Shown: positions 27,481 to 40,410 of the stretch, piece after piece
Position numbering within the stretch: the stretch's first letter is position 1
Layout of the letters: each line of letters starts with the position of its first letter
NCBI GenBank assembly: GCA_963575745.1
Contig: CAUYUJ010000001.1
Location: 372,001 to 436,000 of the forward strand
Direction of reading: 5' to 3'
DNA from: Prorocentrum cordatum
Lineage: Eukaryota
Length of the DNA stretch: 64,000 bases
The notes under the pieces: model-generated
What the model was told of the DNA's origin: nothing
The model's database searches: none
What the model saw: the letters and a program-made list of their open reading frames with translations, nothing else
Translations under genes and position numbers: made by a program

Positions 27481-30400
27481 ACATTGGCTGATGGCGTGAC
27501 GCCCAAAGGTTGGTTGACGGAGCCCTGCTTGAGCAGGGACCGACCGCCCCGGCATTCCTATATATATATAGCCCTACCACGACATGTTCCTAGAACCCAA
27601 GAACTTTCTAAGAGCAAGAACAGTGTTCTTAGAACATCAACCCGACGCGATCAAACAGGACAGACTCCGCCATAAAAGTTCTAAGAACATTTCGTGGAAA
27701 CCGCGAAGAGCATTCTTTGGTGGGCCTATAGTCGGGCTGGGCGAAAGGGGGGGATAGCAAAGGGGGGGTTTGAGAATCAGCTCACGTAATTAGCTGATTT
27801 TCCTGGCGCCTCCCGGCGCCGGAGGGAGCTATTTATCGAGGAATGGGCCCCTCGGTGAGGCCGAAACCAGCTGCACGCAGCAAATTTCGTAACCTCCCCT
27901 TTCCCAATCCCCCCCTTTCGTTCGGCCCGAAAGAGGGGCCACGTCGACGGCCCAGGAAGCCCCCCACCCCCAGCTGGCCTAAGAGTCTCCTAATGGGCAT
28001 CGTTCAACCAACCGCTATCCCCATGAACGTGGCCGGGGCCCCAGCGGCCGATTGACCCCCCCTGGATGGGTAGATGGGGATATAGGCCGCTCCCTTCGGG
28101 TTTCGAGGTGTGCGTCCCCAACTGGGGTGCATGGATGCTGGGGGTCTCGATGGGGATGGGGATGGGGATGGGATGGGTTAACCGATACTGACCTCAGGCG
28201 GCGCAGGATGCTCCTAATGAAGCCGCAGGAGCCCCCCTCGAAGTTCCCCCAGAGGCCACGGGACCTCGTTGTCTCCTGAAGCAGTCCACAAACTGCAGAA
28301 CAGGGCACGACCTAAACAATGATTTTCGTTTCAATTTTGCGTTCGTTTTCCCTCGTTTTGTCTTCAACCCGCCTTGACCGCAAAACGAAATCGAAACGAA
28401 AACGCCCCACGAAATCGCCAAACCACCGTTAAGGTCAACAGACTGCAAAAACTCCGATACGACGACCAAGCATACGCCGGCCATCGAGGGACCCGAGATG
28501 CGCGCAAGAGCCTAGTTAGGGGGCCATATGCGAACCCTACACCTACCCGTCACGATTTCTGAGGGAGAGGGTGGGGTTCACTTCGTTCGAGAGCTCCCGA
28601 GCGAAGTGAACACCACCCTCCCCCTCAGAAATCGTGGGGGGTGGGAGTGGGGGTAAGGTTGGCATGTGGTCCCCTACTAGTGTCCGAGAGGCGAACACGC
28701 GGAGACTTGTCAGATGAGCAAGAACAGTGAAAAGGACTTTTGAATCACCTCGACCAGCTGCCATATCACACAAGACCTGGACAGAAGCCACCAGACCAAA
28801 TCAGACTGCACGGCAAGCGACCAGAACGGAACGCGACGCCGACCGATGGTGGGCTGGTGGGTACCCGAGAAGCGTATAGGGGGCCACATGCGAACCCTAC
28901 CCCTACCCCCACGATTTCTGAGGGGGAGGGTGGGAGCTCCCGAACGGAGCGAACCCCACCCTCCCCCTCAGAACTCGTGGGGGGTAGAGGTGGGGCTCGC
29001 ATGTGGCACCCTAGCGTACAGAATCGCCTGTCCACTTTATCAGAAGAAGACAAATACATCAACAGAAACTTTCGGAGATCCGTGCTGATTTATTGGATCA
29101 GCGGTGGGCGCCCCTCCCAGGCCGCGCCGAACGCGCAAAGGGCGGCGCTGGAGGCGCCGCCAGGGGGGTGCCCGGTGCTGACCCAAGAATCTGCTTAGAA
29201 CTCCGACAGTTTATGTTTATGCACTCTTTCCTTCGCACCCAAGGGGAAGAGGGAGGGGGAGAAAGACGTCTTAGCAAAAAACACTTGACAATCAGACGAA
29301 ACCAGACAGGACCAAACCGGACCAGGGCACTTCGGGGATCTCTGAGATCTGGCGTTGTGGATGCCATGACAATGGACACCCTAACAATCCCATCATTGAA
29401 TTTAAAATGAGTTTAAGCTGTCCGGAACATATCTTAAACATGTTTCAATCCTAAGTGTTTTTTTATTTGTTTAAGACATGTGTTAAACATGTGTGGACAT
29501 CTGGAAACTGTTTGGCAACATGCTTCCTCTCCATTGATCGTCGTCCACACGTCTGGCGGTTCTTGAGGATGTACCGGCGCCGCGGCCGTTCCGTACCGCT
29601 CTGGAGCGCTCCCGATGTCGGGGTCAGGGGCATCTCGCCCGCAGACTCGTGGAGGCTTGAAGGCCAAGGCTGGCTGGAGGCCCGTAGGGCGATGGAGCCG
29701 CAGTTCGAAACGAAGATGAGCGTTGCCAAAACGCTCTGGGACGATCCATCCGGGCCCTGGCCCTGCCCCATTCTGGCCCCGAGAGAGGCGGGGCGGCGGC
29801 GGAGGTCCTCGGCGACAGCCCCGACACCACCTTCAAGTTCGCCCGGATCGGCGGCTTCTCTCCGCCGACGAGCTCCTCGCGCCAGGCAAGGGGGCGCTCC
29901 CCCCCAGGCCTCCGACAGACCCCCCTCCTTCGACTTCGCCTGCTCCCGCTCCTCCCTCTCCGTCTGAACCAAACTCCTCCTCCACGCCCACCTCCACCTC
30001 CTCCTCCACGCCACTCTCCTTCTCCTCCTCCTCCACCTCCTTTTCTCCTCCCTTCCTCCTCCTCCTCCTCCTCCTCCTCCTCCTCCTCCTCCTCCGCCGC
30101 CTCTCGCGAGGTGGGAGTGGCGGTGGAAAGGGCGGCGGGGGGGGGGGGGAGAGAAGAGAGAGGGCGCGGCCGCCGCCGCGGCGCATGCGACGAAGGGGGG
30201 GGGGCGAGGCTGGCGAGGAGGGCGAGGGGGAGCACGGACCCCCTCCTGGGACGAGGCTGGCCAAGAGGACGGAGAAGAGGAGGGCGAGGAGAGCGAGAAT
30301 GGAGAGGAGGAGGGGGAGGGGAAGAAGGGAAGGAGGGAGAGGGGAAGAAGGGGAAGATGGAGAGGACGGAGGAGAGGATGGCGAGGAGAGCGAGAATGGA

Positions 30401-30914
30401 GAGCGAGGGGGAGGAGGCGAGGAGGGGAAGAAGGGGAGCACTGGAACCACGAGGAGTGGGGGAGGACGATTACAAGCGAGGAGAGCGAGAATGGAGAGGA
30501 GAGGGGGAGGAGGCGACCTCCCTCCCTCCCTCCCTCTCTCCCTCTCCTCCTCCTCCTCCTCCTCCTCCTCCATCGCAGGTGCAGGCCGATGGGACACCAA
30601 ACCAAACCAGGACAGGAGGTTTGAGGAAAGCGGAGGAGATCACTACATCTTCTACTTTATACACTTGTGGATTGATGGCCCTCCCTTGGCGTTGATTTGT
30701 TCTTGGGGTATGTGCACAGTCCAGGGCTTTGTCTGCTGGGACTTCCAGGCTTGAGGCTGCTGCTGCCGCCGCTGCCCTGTCCTCTCCGAGATTGCATCGT
30801 CTTCCGTGTGACCTAGTCTAGGCCTAAATTGACGGTGCGTCCCTCGTACTTACCCCAAACGCCGGTGCGACGGTTCCCCAGGGCCCGAGCTGTGCCTGTT
30901 GGAGGCTGTCTGGG

Positions 30915-31014
30915 NNNNNNNNNNNNNNNNNNNNNNNNNNNNNNNNNNNNNNNNNNNNNNNNNNNNNNNNNNNNNNNNNNNNNNNNNNNNNNNNNNNNNN
31001 NNNNNNNNNNNNNN
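30915..31014. other. Assembly gap (100 N)
   Basis: Run of N. Confidence 1.
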
Positions 31015-31019
31015 ACACA

Positions 31020-31051
<32 letters not shown>

Positions 31052-31421
31052 CACCACACACACACACCACACACACCACACACACACACACAAACATAAA
31101 CTTTTGGCGCTCCGCGCGGATTTCCTGGATCCGCGCCAGGCCCCCCCAGGCGGCGCCTCTGGCGCCGCCCCTGGCGCGCTCCGCGCGCCAGGGAGGGGGG
31201 TTCAGCGCGGATCCAAGGAATCCGCGCGGAACGACAAAGTTTCTGTTTATGTGTTTTTCCCTTCGATTGTAACCCAGCTTCGGCTGGCAGCCGTGTAAGC
31301 ATCCACGAGCTTTTCCGAATGTCTTCACATCTGTCGCTTGCCAAGCACTTACGTTCTAGTTCGCGTGCGGTGGCCTCCGCTGGCCTCCCGCTCGCCCTGG
31401 ACATCTGGCAAACGTCCTCCC

Positions 31422-31456
<35 letters not shown>

Positions 31457-32086
31457 CTCCTCCCCCTCCCCCTCCACCTACTCCTCCTCCTCCTCCTCCT
31501 CCTCTCCTCCTCTCCTCCTCCTCCTACTCCTCCTCCTACTCCTCCCCTCCTCCTCCACCTCCTCCACCCTCCCTCCCTCCCTCCCTCCCTCCCCTCCCTC
31601 CCCCTCCTCCCCCCCCCTCCCCTATCCTCCTCCTCCTCTTCCTCCCTTCTCCCCCATCCTCCTCCCCCTCCCCCTCCTCCTCCTCCGAACATCGGGAGGC
31701 GACCAGAACCCAGCAAGGTGGGCCTGTAACCACGCGCTCTCCCGCGCCAGCCTGCGCCAACTCACGCACGCAGCCATCCCGGCCCTTATGGCGCGGCATG
31801 GCGCTGCTGCCACGGTTTGCCTGCTCAGGCGTGGTTCACCTGTTCTCGAAGGGGCCGCAGGGGCAGCGATGCCAGAAACGTCGCAGCTCCACTCGCAAAC
31901 AAGAGCGCCACGGCTGCCGCAGTGCACCTGCTCGGGTCTTGTTCCACCTGCTCGCGGGGGCCGCGGGGGCAGCATGAGGAGCGCAAGCGCAAACAACTCC
32001 CTCGGCCCTTCTTCCTCCTTGAAGCAGCGAGCCAGTCGGCCATGCTCATCTGGCGGAGTCGAACCTCCTGCTCCCACAGGGCAGCG

Positions 32087-33853
32087 TTAAGTCGGGCCTG
32101 TCCCCCTACAGGCCGTGTGGACGAAACAGTAAGAATAGTCAAACAATACCCCAAAATAGTAAATATCCCGGCAAAGCAACCTACCGGCGATGTGTATAAG
32201 CATATCTGGAAGCATTCCCCTTCAGATTCAGGTGAGAATCCAGTTGTAGAATTCTGCTGTTCTCGCAGTCGCAGTCGCATTCGCAATGACAGTCGCAGTG
32301 GCAACGGCCTCAGGATCCAATGGAATCCTAAGGATTCCTAGGGATTCCTATGGATTCCTACGGATGCCTCAGCCTGCCTCAGTTTCAGCCTCAGCCTCAG
32401 CCTGCCTTGGCTTGCCTCAGCCTCAGCCTCAACCTGCCTCGGCCTCAGCCTCAGCCTGCCTCAGCCTCAGCCTGCCTCGGCCTCAGTCTGCGTCAGCCTC
32501 AGCATCAGCCTGCCTCAGCCTCAGCCTGCCTCAGCCTCAGCCTCAGCCTCAGCCTGCCTCGGCTTGCCTCAGCCTGAGCCTCAGCCTGCCTCGGCCTCAG
32601 CCTGCCTCGGCCTCAGCCTGCCTCGGCCTCAGCCTGCCTCAGCCTCCCCTCCTCCCCCCCCCTCCCCCCCCATTCAGCCTCACCTTGTCTCAGCTTCAGC
32701 CTGCCTCGGCCTCATCCTCAGCCTCAGCCTCAGTCTCAGCCTGTCTCGGCCTGAGCCTGCCTCGGCCTCAGCCTCAGCCTCAGCCCCAGCCTGCATCAGC
32801 CTCAGCCTCAGCCTGTCTCAGCCTTAGCCTGCCTCAGCATCAGCCTCAGCCTCAGCCTCAGCCTGCTTCGGCTTGCCTCGGCCTCAGCCTCAGCCTGCCT
32901 CGGCCTCAGCCTCAGCCTCAGCCTGCCTCAGCCTCAGCCTCAGCCTGCCTCAGCCCCAGCCTGCATCAGCCTCAGCCTCAGCCTGCCTCAGCCGCAGCTT
33001 GCCTCAGCCTCAGCCACAGCCTCATCCTCAGCCTCAGCCTGCCTCAGCTTCAGCCTCAGCCTCAGCCTGCCTCGGCTTGCCTCAGCCTCAGCCTCAGCCT
33101 GCCTCGGCCTCAGCCTCAGCCTCTCAGCCTCAGCCTGCCTCGGCCTCAGCCTCAGCCTCAGCCTGCCTCAGCCTCAGTCTCAGCCTGCCTTAGCCTCAGC
33201 CTCAGCCTCAGCCTGCCTCGGCCTCAGCCTGCGTCAGCCTCAGCCTCAGCCTGCCTCAGCCTCAGCCTCAGCCTCAGCCTGCCTCGGCGTGCCTCAGCCT
33301 CAGCCTCAGCCTGCCTCGGCCTCAGCCTGCCTCGGCCTCAGCCTGCCTCAGCTCGGGCATTCAAAATATGGCACAGGACTGGTGTTCTGGGACCACGAAG
33401 ATCACGAAGTGGCCCACATTTGGCTCTGGGCAATCAAAATATGGTACAGGAATGGTGTTCTGGGAACACGAAGAACACGAAGTGGCCTACAGTTGGCTCC
33501 GGGCATCAAAATGTGGTTTGGGAATGGTGTTCTGGGAACACGAAGAACACGAAGTGGCCTACAGTTGGCTCCGGGCATTCAAAATGTGGCCTGGGAATGG
33601 TGTTCTGGTTCAAAATGTGGCCTGGGAATTGTGTTCTGGGGAGTCCCCGGATCTCCCCGGCTTCCCGCGGCACCCGTCCGGCATCTACCCAGACCCCCTC
33701 TGGGGAGTCATGATGCTCTCTTTGGAGACCACTCGAATCTCTAGAAACCTATCAGTCTTCGCTGTTAGGTAAAAATGTTTTTAACATAAGTCCACAGGCT
33801 ATTTTCAAACTATTTTCGAATATTCCTCCTGTAGAGGGACACGCCCGACTTCG
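32087..33853. mobile_element. Family A element expanded by internal satellites, TSD GGGCAGCG
   Basis: TIRs ttaagtcgggcctgtccc / gggacacgcccgacttcg; perfect TSD at 32079-32086 and 33854-33861. Confidence 0.85.
32366..33640. repeat. (GCCTCA)n satellite (32366-33352) followed by a tandem repeat of about 73 bp x3 plus partials
   Basis: aaaat.tgg recurs at 33363, 33436, 33508, 33581. Confidence 0.95.
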
Positions 33854-34052
33854 GGGCAGCGGTAGCAGATGCGGCCACGCCTGCGCGAGCCCCCGATGCG
33901 CGCGCGGCTTCTGTGCTGGTGCCCCTGCAAGGGCCACGCCCCATGGGGGGGGGGCGGCCGCCTGAAAGGGCAGCACGCTGGCGGCAGCGATGCGATCGAC
34001 GGCGACATCGACGGCAAGTCGCGCGACCCCGCCTCGGCCGTCCCGGCGGTGT

Positions 34053-34301
34053 TCTGGGTGACCCAAAAGGGGGTCCAGCTGAAAGGGAGTGGTGCAATAT
34101 ATTCTGGGCAATTACATTGCAAGTGTATTCCGCCAGAGAATTGTATTGCATTGTATTGCAAGTAATGTATTGCACGCGAAAATACAGCAATACATTTGCG
34201 CCCCGAATTGTATTGCAGGTGTATTGCAACCCCACACATCTATTGCACCAAATCTATTGCACCACCCCCTTGTCGCTGGATCCCCTTTTGGGTCAACCCG
34301 A
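34053..34301. mobile_element. MITE with about 45-bp TIRs and internal TATTGCA repeats, 5-bp TSD GGTGT
   Basis: gggtgacccaaaagggggtccagc... versus its inverse; GGTGT at 34048-34052 and 34302-34306. Confidence 0.8.
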
Positions 34302-37300
34302 GGTGTGCGCCTTCCCGTGGCAGCAGTGCTGTCCGTCTTGCGGTGGACGAGCGGCGCAACTGCCAAGAGACAAGCGCCGAGGAGGCGGACAAGGCTTCCG
34401 CCAGCACACATGGGTTCCAGCGGGTGACGCCCAGGGCCTTTTCAGCCCATACCCATTAGCCACTTCCGCCACCAACTGGACCCCAAGACGACGCGACGGA
34501 AATTTCGCGAAATTCGGTGCCACAACCCGCATCCACAGTTCAAAACGCAACGAACGCGTCACGAATTCCGGTGCCCATATGGACCCCGAGACTCGCCTGC
34601 GACCTCTCTGCTGGAGCTCGCTCGGGAGTTCTGCGGGAGATGAGACAGCGGCCGACCCGGCCCGCAGCCCTGCCCTGGCGGTTCTGCTGATCCTGGCTCG
34701 TGGGGGCCGCGAGCCCGCAGAGGCTCCCCCCTGAAGGAGCCGCCGAGACGACGAGGAGGGGGGTCGGGGACCCCATGGCAGAACGTGACAGACCACCTTG
34801 GGTCCGGAGGTGGACCCTGAGGCCTCCTGTCCAGGGCACGTCTGCCCTGGGGTACGTTGGGCCTCCCCTGAGGTTTTGCTGCCCCCATCGTGCTTGAGGA
34901 CCACATCCCAGAGATAAGTTCGAGCACCCAGCGAAGTATCGAAGCAGTGTCCGCCCGACACGCTAGCGAGGTGTCGACCGAACATCGCCTCCCAGGGCCC
35001 TGCACGTGAAAGAAGCTCCAGCTTCTCGGTAGTTCCTTGGTACTCAAAACTTGTCCTGGGGATCAAGGCTAAAGTAGGTTGGAACATCAGAACCCTGTGG
35101 GGGGAGCAAGACGAGAATCGAGGAACGGCAGGATGGAGCAGGGACCGACCGTTCGGGCATTCCTATGAGCCCACAACAGCATTTTCTGAGAACCCGAAAA
35201 AGTCCGACAACCAATATTATTGTTCTTAGAAAAGAATTGAGGGATGAAATAACGGCCCTACCCTGGGTTACAAGTGCGTGGTCTGTAGACCTCCTGGGAA
35301 CCCTCAAAGCCTAGAGCCGCCAGGACGCGGCACGTCACGCAGGGTTTACCCTGTCAGCCCACAGGAGTCTCAGCGCACAGCGCCTCGCAAACCAGGGTAG
35401 GGGCGTCTTTTGATGCCCTTGACAGAAGCCGATGTGCTCAAACAAGACAAGATCGGCCAGACATGTTCTTGCTCTTGTTCGTGCTTGGCAGGAGGACGAG
35501 CGGCCGCGGCAGGCCGCCTGGGCCGCACGGCCGCGGCGCACCTCCGGCTCCCCGGCTGGCTCCAGGCGCCCTCGCGCGCCTCTTCGCCGTGGAGCCGCAA
35601 CACGCAGCACGCCAGCGCTCCTCCGCGCGGCAGGGGCCCGTCCAGCTGAGCATCGTTCAACCGACCCCTGCCCAGATGGGCGTGGCCTGGGCGAATATCC
35701 CCAACTGGGGTGCTGAGATCCCAGATCTTCTCGCGTTGTGACACAAATCTCGACGGGACGTTATTCGTTACTTTCGGCCTCTGGGGGCCCTTCCCGGGCC
35801 TCGGGACCGTCAAAAACAACTCAGGACGAAAAGCTGGTCCTGGGAAGGGGTCCAGATCTCTGGGGGTCGACGTTGCGAACAAATCGCGACGTCGGGGGTC
35901 TGGGATGGTGGGTCTGGATCGGGATGGGGATGGTGGGCCAAACAACTGACGAAACCACCCCACCTACGACCCCCAAGGGGCTCAGCGTATACCCGGAAAC
36001 CTGGCGTGGGCTTTTTGCGTCGTATACGCTACGGCGCCCGATTGGCCGTACGGTCAACCCGAATTGCCTCCTCGGCCCATCCTTGGCCACTTTCGTTGGC
36101 CGCGCCCCGCTCGAACAGCTTCGACGTGGCCTTCCGAGGCCCTTGCATCCTTATCGCGCATCCTTACTATGCTGGTTGCCTGTAGCGCAACATGGAGGGC
36201 CGTAGGTGGGGTGGCGTCGTCTGTTTTTTGGCCGAGACAAGGGATACGGGTCCAGTCGAACGACTCTGTCCCTCGCGGCATGGGGTCCTCCCGCCGCGGG
36301 CCCGCGGCGGGGCGACCAGGAGCCGGCGGTGGCCGCGAGGGCGGCGACCAACGCTGCTCTCCGTCGGGGGCCGCTCGATCGGCAGTCCGCTCGTCCTCGT
36401 CGTGGAGCTGCCAGCAACGCTTCGGCGCGGCGCTCCCGCTCCGTCGAGCTGAGGGGCCGGCGCAGCGCGCGCTGGCGCAGCTCACTCTCGCTCTCGAGGT
36501 GGTAGCTGTAGCCCGCTGTGGCTGGCGAGCTCATCGAGGCCCCCCCCCACTCGGAAGACAGAGGCGACGCGGCAGGGGACGATGAGGACGGGAGGAGGGA
36601 GGAGTAAATGGAGGAGGAGGAGGAGGATGAGGAGCAGGAGGAGGAGGGAGGAGGGAAAAGGGAGGAGGGAGGAGGGAGGAGGGAGGAGGGAGGAGGGAGG
36701 AGGAGGGAGGAGGAGGAGGAGGAGGAGGAGGAGGAGGAGGAGGAGGAGGAGGAGGAGGAGGAGGAGGAGGAGGAGGAGGAGGAGGGGGATCGGGAAGGAG
36801 AAGGAGCGTGGACGAGACAAGGAGGAGGAAGAGAAGACCAGGTCAGAAGGCAGCCCGAGCGAGCCGTCTGGAGCCGCCCACCCGTCACTCCACGAACGGC
36901 TGCTGGGGAAACCAGGAAGTAACGATACCGCTGCTCCCCGGACCTCTCCCAGGGTACGTTCTGACCAGGACATCGAAGCGAATCCAGCGGTGGCGACGAG
37001 TCCCAAGAGGGCCCAAGAAGGGCGCACACGAGGCGAGGGTAAAGGTATGGCTACCTCTTCTTCCTCTCAGCGGCTGCCCCGCAGGGCGGCCCCATGTCGG
37101 CGACTCCGAAGGGTGTGGTTTGCAAAGGGTGTGGTTTGCAACTGGCACCCTGGGGGGCACCCTCGGGGACGGGCGAGGACCTCGACCGAGCTCTCCGCCG
37201 CGCCACGAGGAGGCCCAGCGAGGACAGTGTCGTGCACACCAGGCCCCAACAGCGCGCCGATCGCAAACCACACCCCGGCGTGCCCTTTGCAACCGCCGAC

Positions 37301-39527
37301 CATGACCCGCCGGAGGCGGTCCCCGGACGCCCGCCGGGGCGCCCCACCCTCAACGCTCGACCGCCGTGCCCAGCGCTCGACCGCTGTGACCAGCGCTCGG
37401 TGCTCGACGCTCAGCGCTCGAGCGCCCACCCTGCCGACGGCTGCCCCGCAGGGCGGCCCCGGTCGGACCGGCGACGGGCCGCCAGAAGCTCTGGCCGGAC
37501 GGGCACACCCGCCCAGGCGGGCTGCGGCGACGTGCGGCGACGGGCCACCACAAGCCGGCCAGGCCGGCGCACGGGCCCAGTGGCTCACCACACAAGCAGG
37601 AAGCCCTAAATGCAAGCACTAGTGGGGGAATCGGTATATACATACAGCATGTGCATGCTTGTAAGCCGATGAGTCGTGTGTAGTGTATGCAAGTGGGGGG
37701 GGGAGAGAGAGAGAGAGAGAGAGAGAGAGACAAGACAGAGAGAGGGAGCGTGTGCACGCCGATCTACGGAGAGAGCATGTGTACGCCGATCTGCTGAGAG
37801 AGAGTGGAATGCGAGTGATCGATAGAGAGGTAGAGGAAACCAAACAAGAAAGAAGAGAGAGAGAGAGAGAGAGACAGAGAGACAGAGAGGGAGGTGACAG
37901 AGAGGAGGAAGGGCAAGGGACAGGACAGGGGATGGGGCAGGGAAGATGACGGGAGGATGTTGGACGAGACGGGGGAAGGAGTGGAGCGGAGAGGGAGAAG
38001 CTCAAATTCCCTCTCCTGCTCCCAGGGGAAGGGCCACTGTTTTCCAAGAGGCGAATAAAATCACACACGCCGACGACGCCAATGAGGCCTCGCCCTGCAG
38101 ATCCTGGACGGCAGGTGCTCGGGCTCGAAAATTGTCCGCTCCAAGCCCATGTTCAGAGCAGCTCAAACACCATCGTGATGGCTGAGTTTCGCCCTCCTCC
38201 TCCTCCTCCTTCTCCTCCTCCTGCTCCCCCCTTCCTCGTCGTCGTCGTCGTCCTTCTCTTCCGCCTCCCTCTCCCTCCCCCCTCCTCCTTCCGCCCTCCT
38301 TCTCTCTCCTCCCTCTCCCTCCCCCCCCCTCCCCCCCCTAGCCCCCTCCTCTCCCGCGGTCGGCAAATGAATCAATTCGCTTGCGCGGAACAGCCTCCAG
38401 TCCCTCCCGGGCAAAGCGGGGCGGGGGAGGAAGGAGGAGAGGGAGGAGGGCGGCAGGAGTCATAGAGGGAGGGAGATAACCGATTCTCTGTCATCGCGAT
38501 TTTCTCACGACGTCGACCCCATCGCTCTAAGGACGCACGATAAGGATTCAAGGGCCTTGGAAGGCTGCAAAGGTAGCCTTGGATAGTCGCTCATCCTTAC
38601 AATGAAGGTTGACCGTATACCCTTTCCCGGGAACAGGCTTTCCCTCGCGGGTACCTTTTTGACGGGGCCCCGGGGCTCCACCGCCTGCGGACTGACGTCC
38701 TGGTGCCCCGGCGGGCGGTGGATATGGATAAATGTTGGACCCCGGGGGCCCGAATACGTCCATATCCACCGTCTGTGGAGGTCCGCGAAGATCGATCCCC
38801 CAGGCGGTGGTTATGGATATACTCCCGCATCGGAGAGGATGTTGGGGGGAGGAGGGGGACGGGGGAGGAAGGCCCCTGGCTTTCGGTCCTGCGGCCGCTC
38901 GGGAAAGCTCCACGCAGCCCCCCCCCCCCCACCCCATCCACCCTCCCGCCACCCCCTCCCTCCCTCCAACCTCCTCCCTCCCTCCCTCCATCCACCCCCC
39001 CTCCCTCCACCCCCTCCCTCCACCCTCCTCACCCTCCTCCCTCCTGACCCTCCTCTCTCCCTGACTCCCTCCAACCTGGAACGCTCTCGGAGTGGCGCCG
39101 GCTGCTGGAAAGCGCCCTGGGGCTCGAGGACCGCCCACAACAGACGGAAGCGTCTAAAAACGAAGACGAAGCGAGGACGAGGACATAATCGGGTGACGAT
39201 GCATCGAGAATCTCTGAGTAGAGGGCGAAACATCCACTCTCATAATAACCACCCCGACACGCGAAGCCGTTTACTAAACGCCTCCACTGAAGGAATCGAA
39301 CAGGGCAGGGCTGTTCAGTAAACGCCCAAGGCCGTTTAGTAAACGCCAATTGTCGGGTCCGGGTGTTTTTTCCTCCCTTGACTGAGATCCGGGGGTTCTG
39401 AAGGATGTCTCGGGCGCCGCGGCCTTCTCAGAGCGTCCCGGAGCGCGACGAGGGCCTCCCAGGAGGCCCGAAAATGGGGAAACGAGGCAAAGATAGCAGG
39501 ATGGGTACTTGTTCCTCCTCCGAGATG

Positions 39528-39889
39528 AGAGGAGGAGGAGGAGGAGGAGGAGGAGGAGGAGGAGGAGGAGGAGGAGGAGGAGGAGGATCAGGAGGAGGAG
39601 GAGGGAGGGGGAGGAGGGGGAGGAGGAGGGGGAGAGGAGGAGGAGGAGGAGGAGGAGGAGGAGGAGGAGGAGGAGGAGGAGGAGGAGGAGGAGGAGGAGG
39701 AGGAGGAGGAGGAGGAGGAGGAGGAGGAGAGGAGGAGGAGGAGGAGGAGGAGGGAGGAGGGGAGGAGGAGGGGAGAGAGGAGGAGGAGGAGGAGGAGGAG
39801 GAGGAGGAGGAGGACGAGGAGGAGGGGAGGAGGAGGAGGAGGAGGAGGAGGAGGAGGAGGAGGCGAAGGCGGAGGCGGAGGAGGAGGAT

Positions 39890-39921
<32 letters not shown>

Positions 39922-40410
39922 GAGGAGGAGGAGGAGGAGGAGGAGGAGGAGGAAGGAGGAGGAGGAGGAGGAGGGAGGAGGAGGAGGAGGAGGGAGAAGG
40001 AGGAGGAGGAGGAGGAGGAGGGAGGGAGGAGGGAGGAGGAGGAGGAGGGGGAGGGGGAGGGGGAGGAGGAGGGGACGAGGAGGAGGAGGGAGGAGGAGGA
40101 GGAGGAGGAGGAGGAGGAGGAGGAGGAGGAGGGGAGGGGGAGGGGAGGGGGAGGAGGTCACGAGGAGGAGGAGGAGGAGCAGGGGGAGGAGGGATGAGGA
40201 GGAGGGAGGAGGAGGAGGAGGGGGGGGGAGGGGGAGGAGTAGGACGAGGAGGAGGAGGAGGAGGAGGAGGAGGAGGAGGAGGAGGAGGAGGAGGAGGGGG
40301 GAGGGGGAGGGGAGGAGTGTCACGAGGAGGAGGAGGAGGAGGGGGGGGAGGAGGAAGAGGAGAAAGAGGATGGGGAGGGGGGGGGAGGAGTAGGACGAGG
40401 AGGAAGAGGG
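39528..40410. repeat. Largest (GGA)n tract; others near 16310, 36600, 41980, 43005, 47103, 48810, 55340, 57715, with (CCT)n near 1395, 13118, 29980, 31415, 55565
   Basis: Direct reading. Confidence 0.95.

Larger units (their letters stand above)
29560..38120. other. Cluster of exon-like islands, probably another multi-exon gene (minus strand favoured, not proven)
   Basis: GC3-biased unique islands, e.g. minus TEREEREQAKSKEGGLSE (about 29910-29963) and YHLESESELRQRALRRPLSSTERERRAEALL (about 36410-36505); several also read openly on plus. Similar islands at about 17720-18010, 23220-23500 and 41820-41920. Confidence 0.35.

Noticed and set aside
33990..34320. AVFWVCAF motif suggesting a HET-like domain
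   Set aside because: The Trp codon comes from the MITE TIR; precise excision removes the motif.
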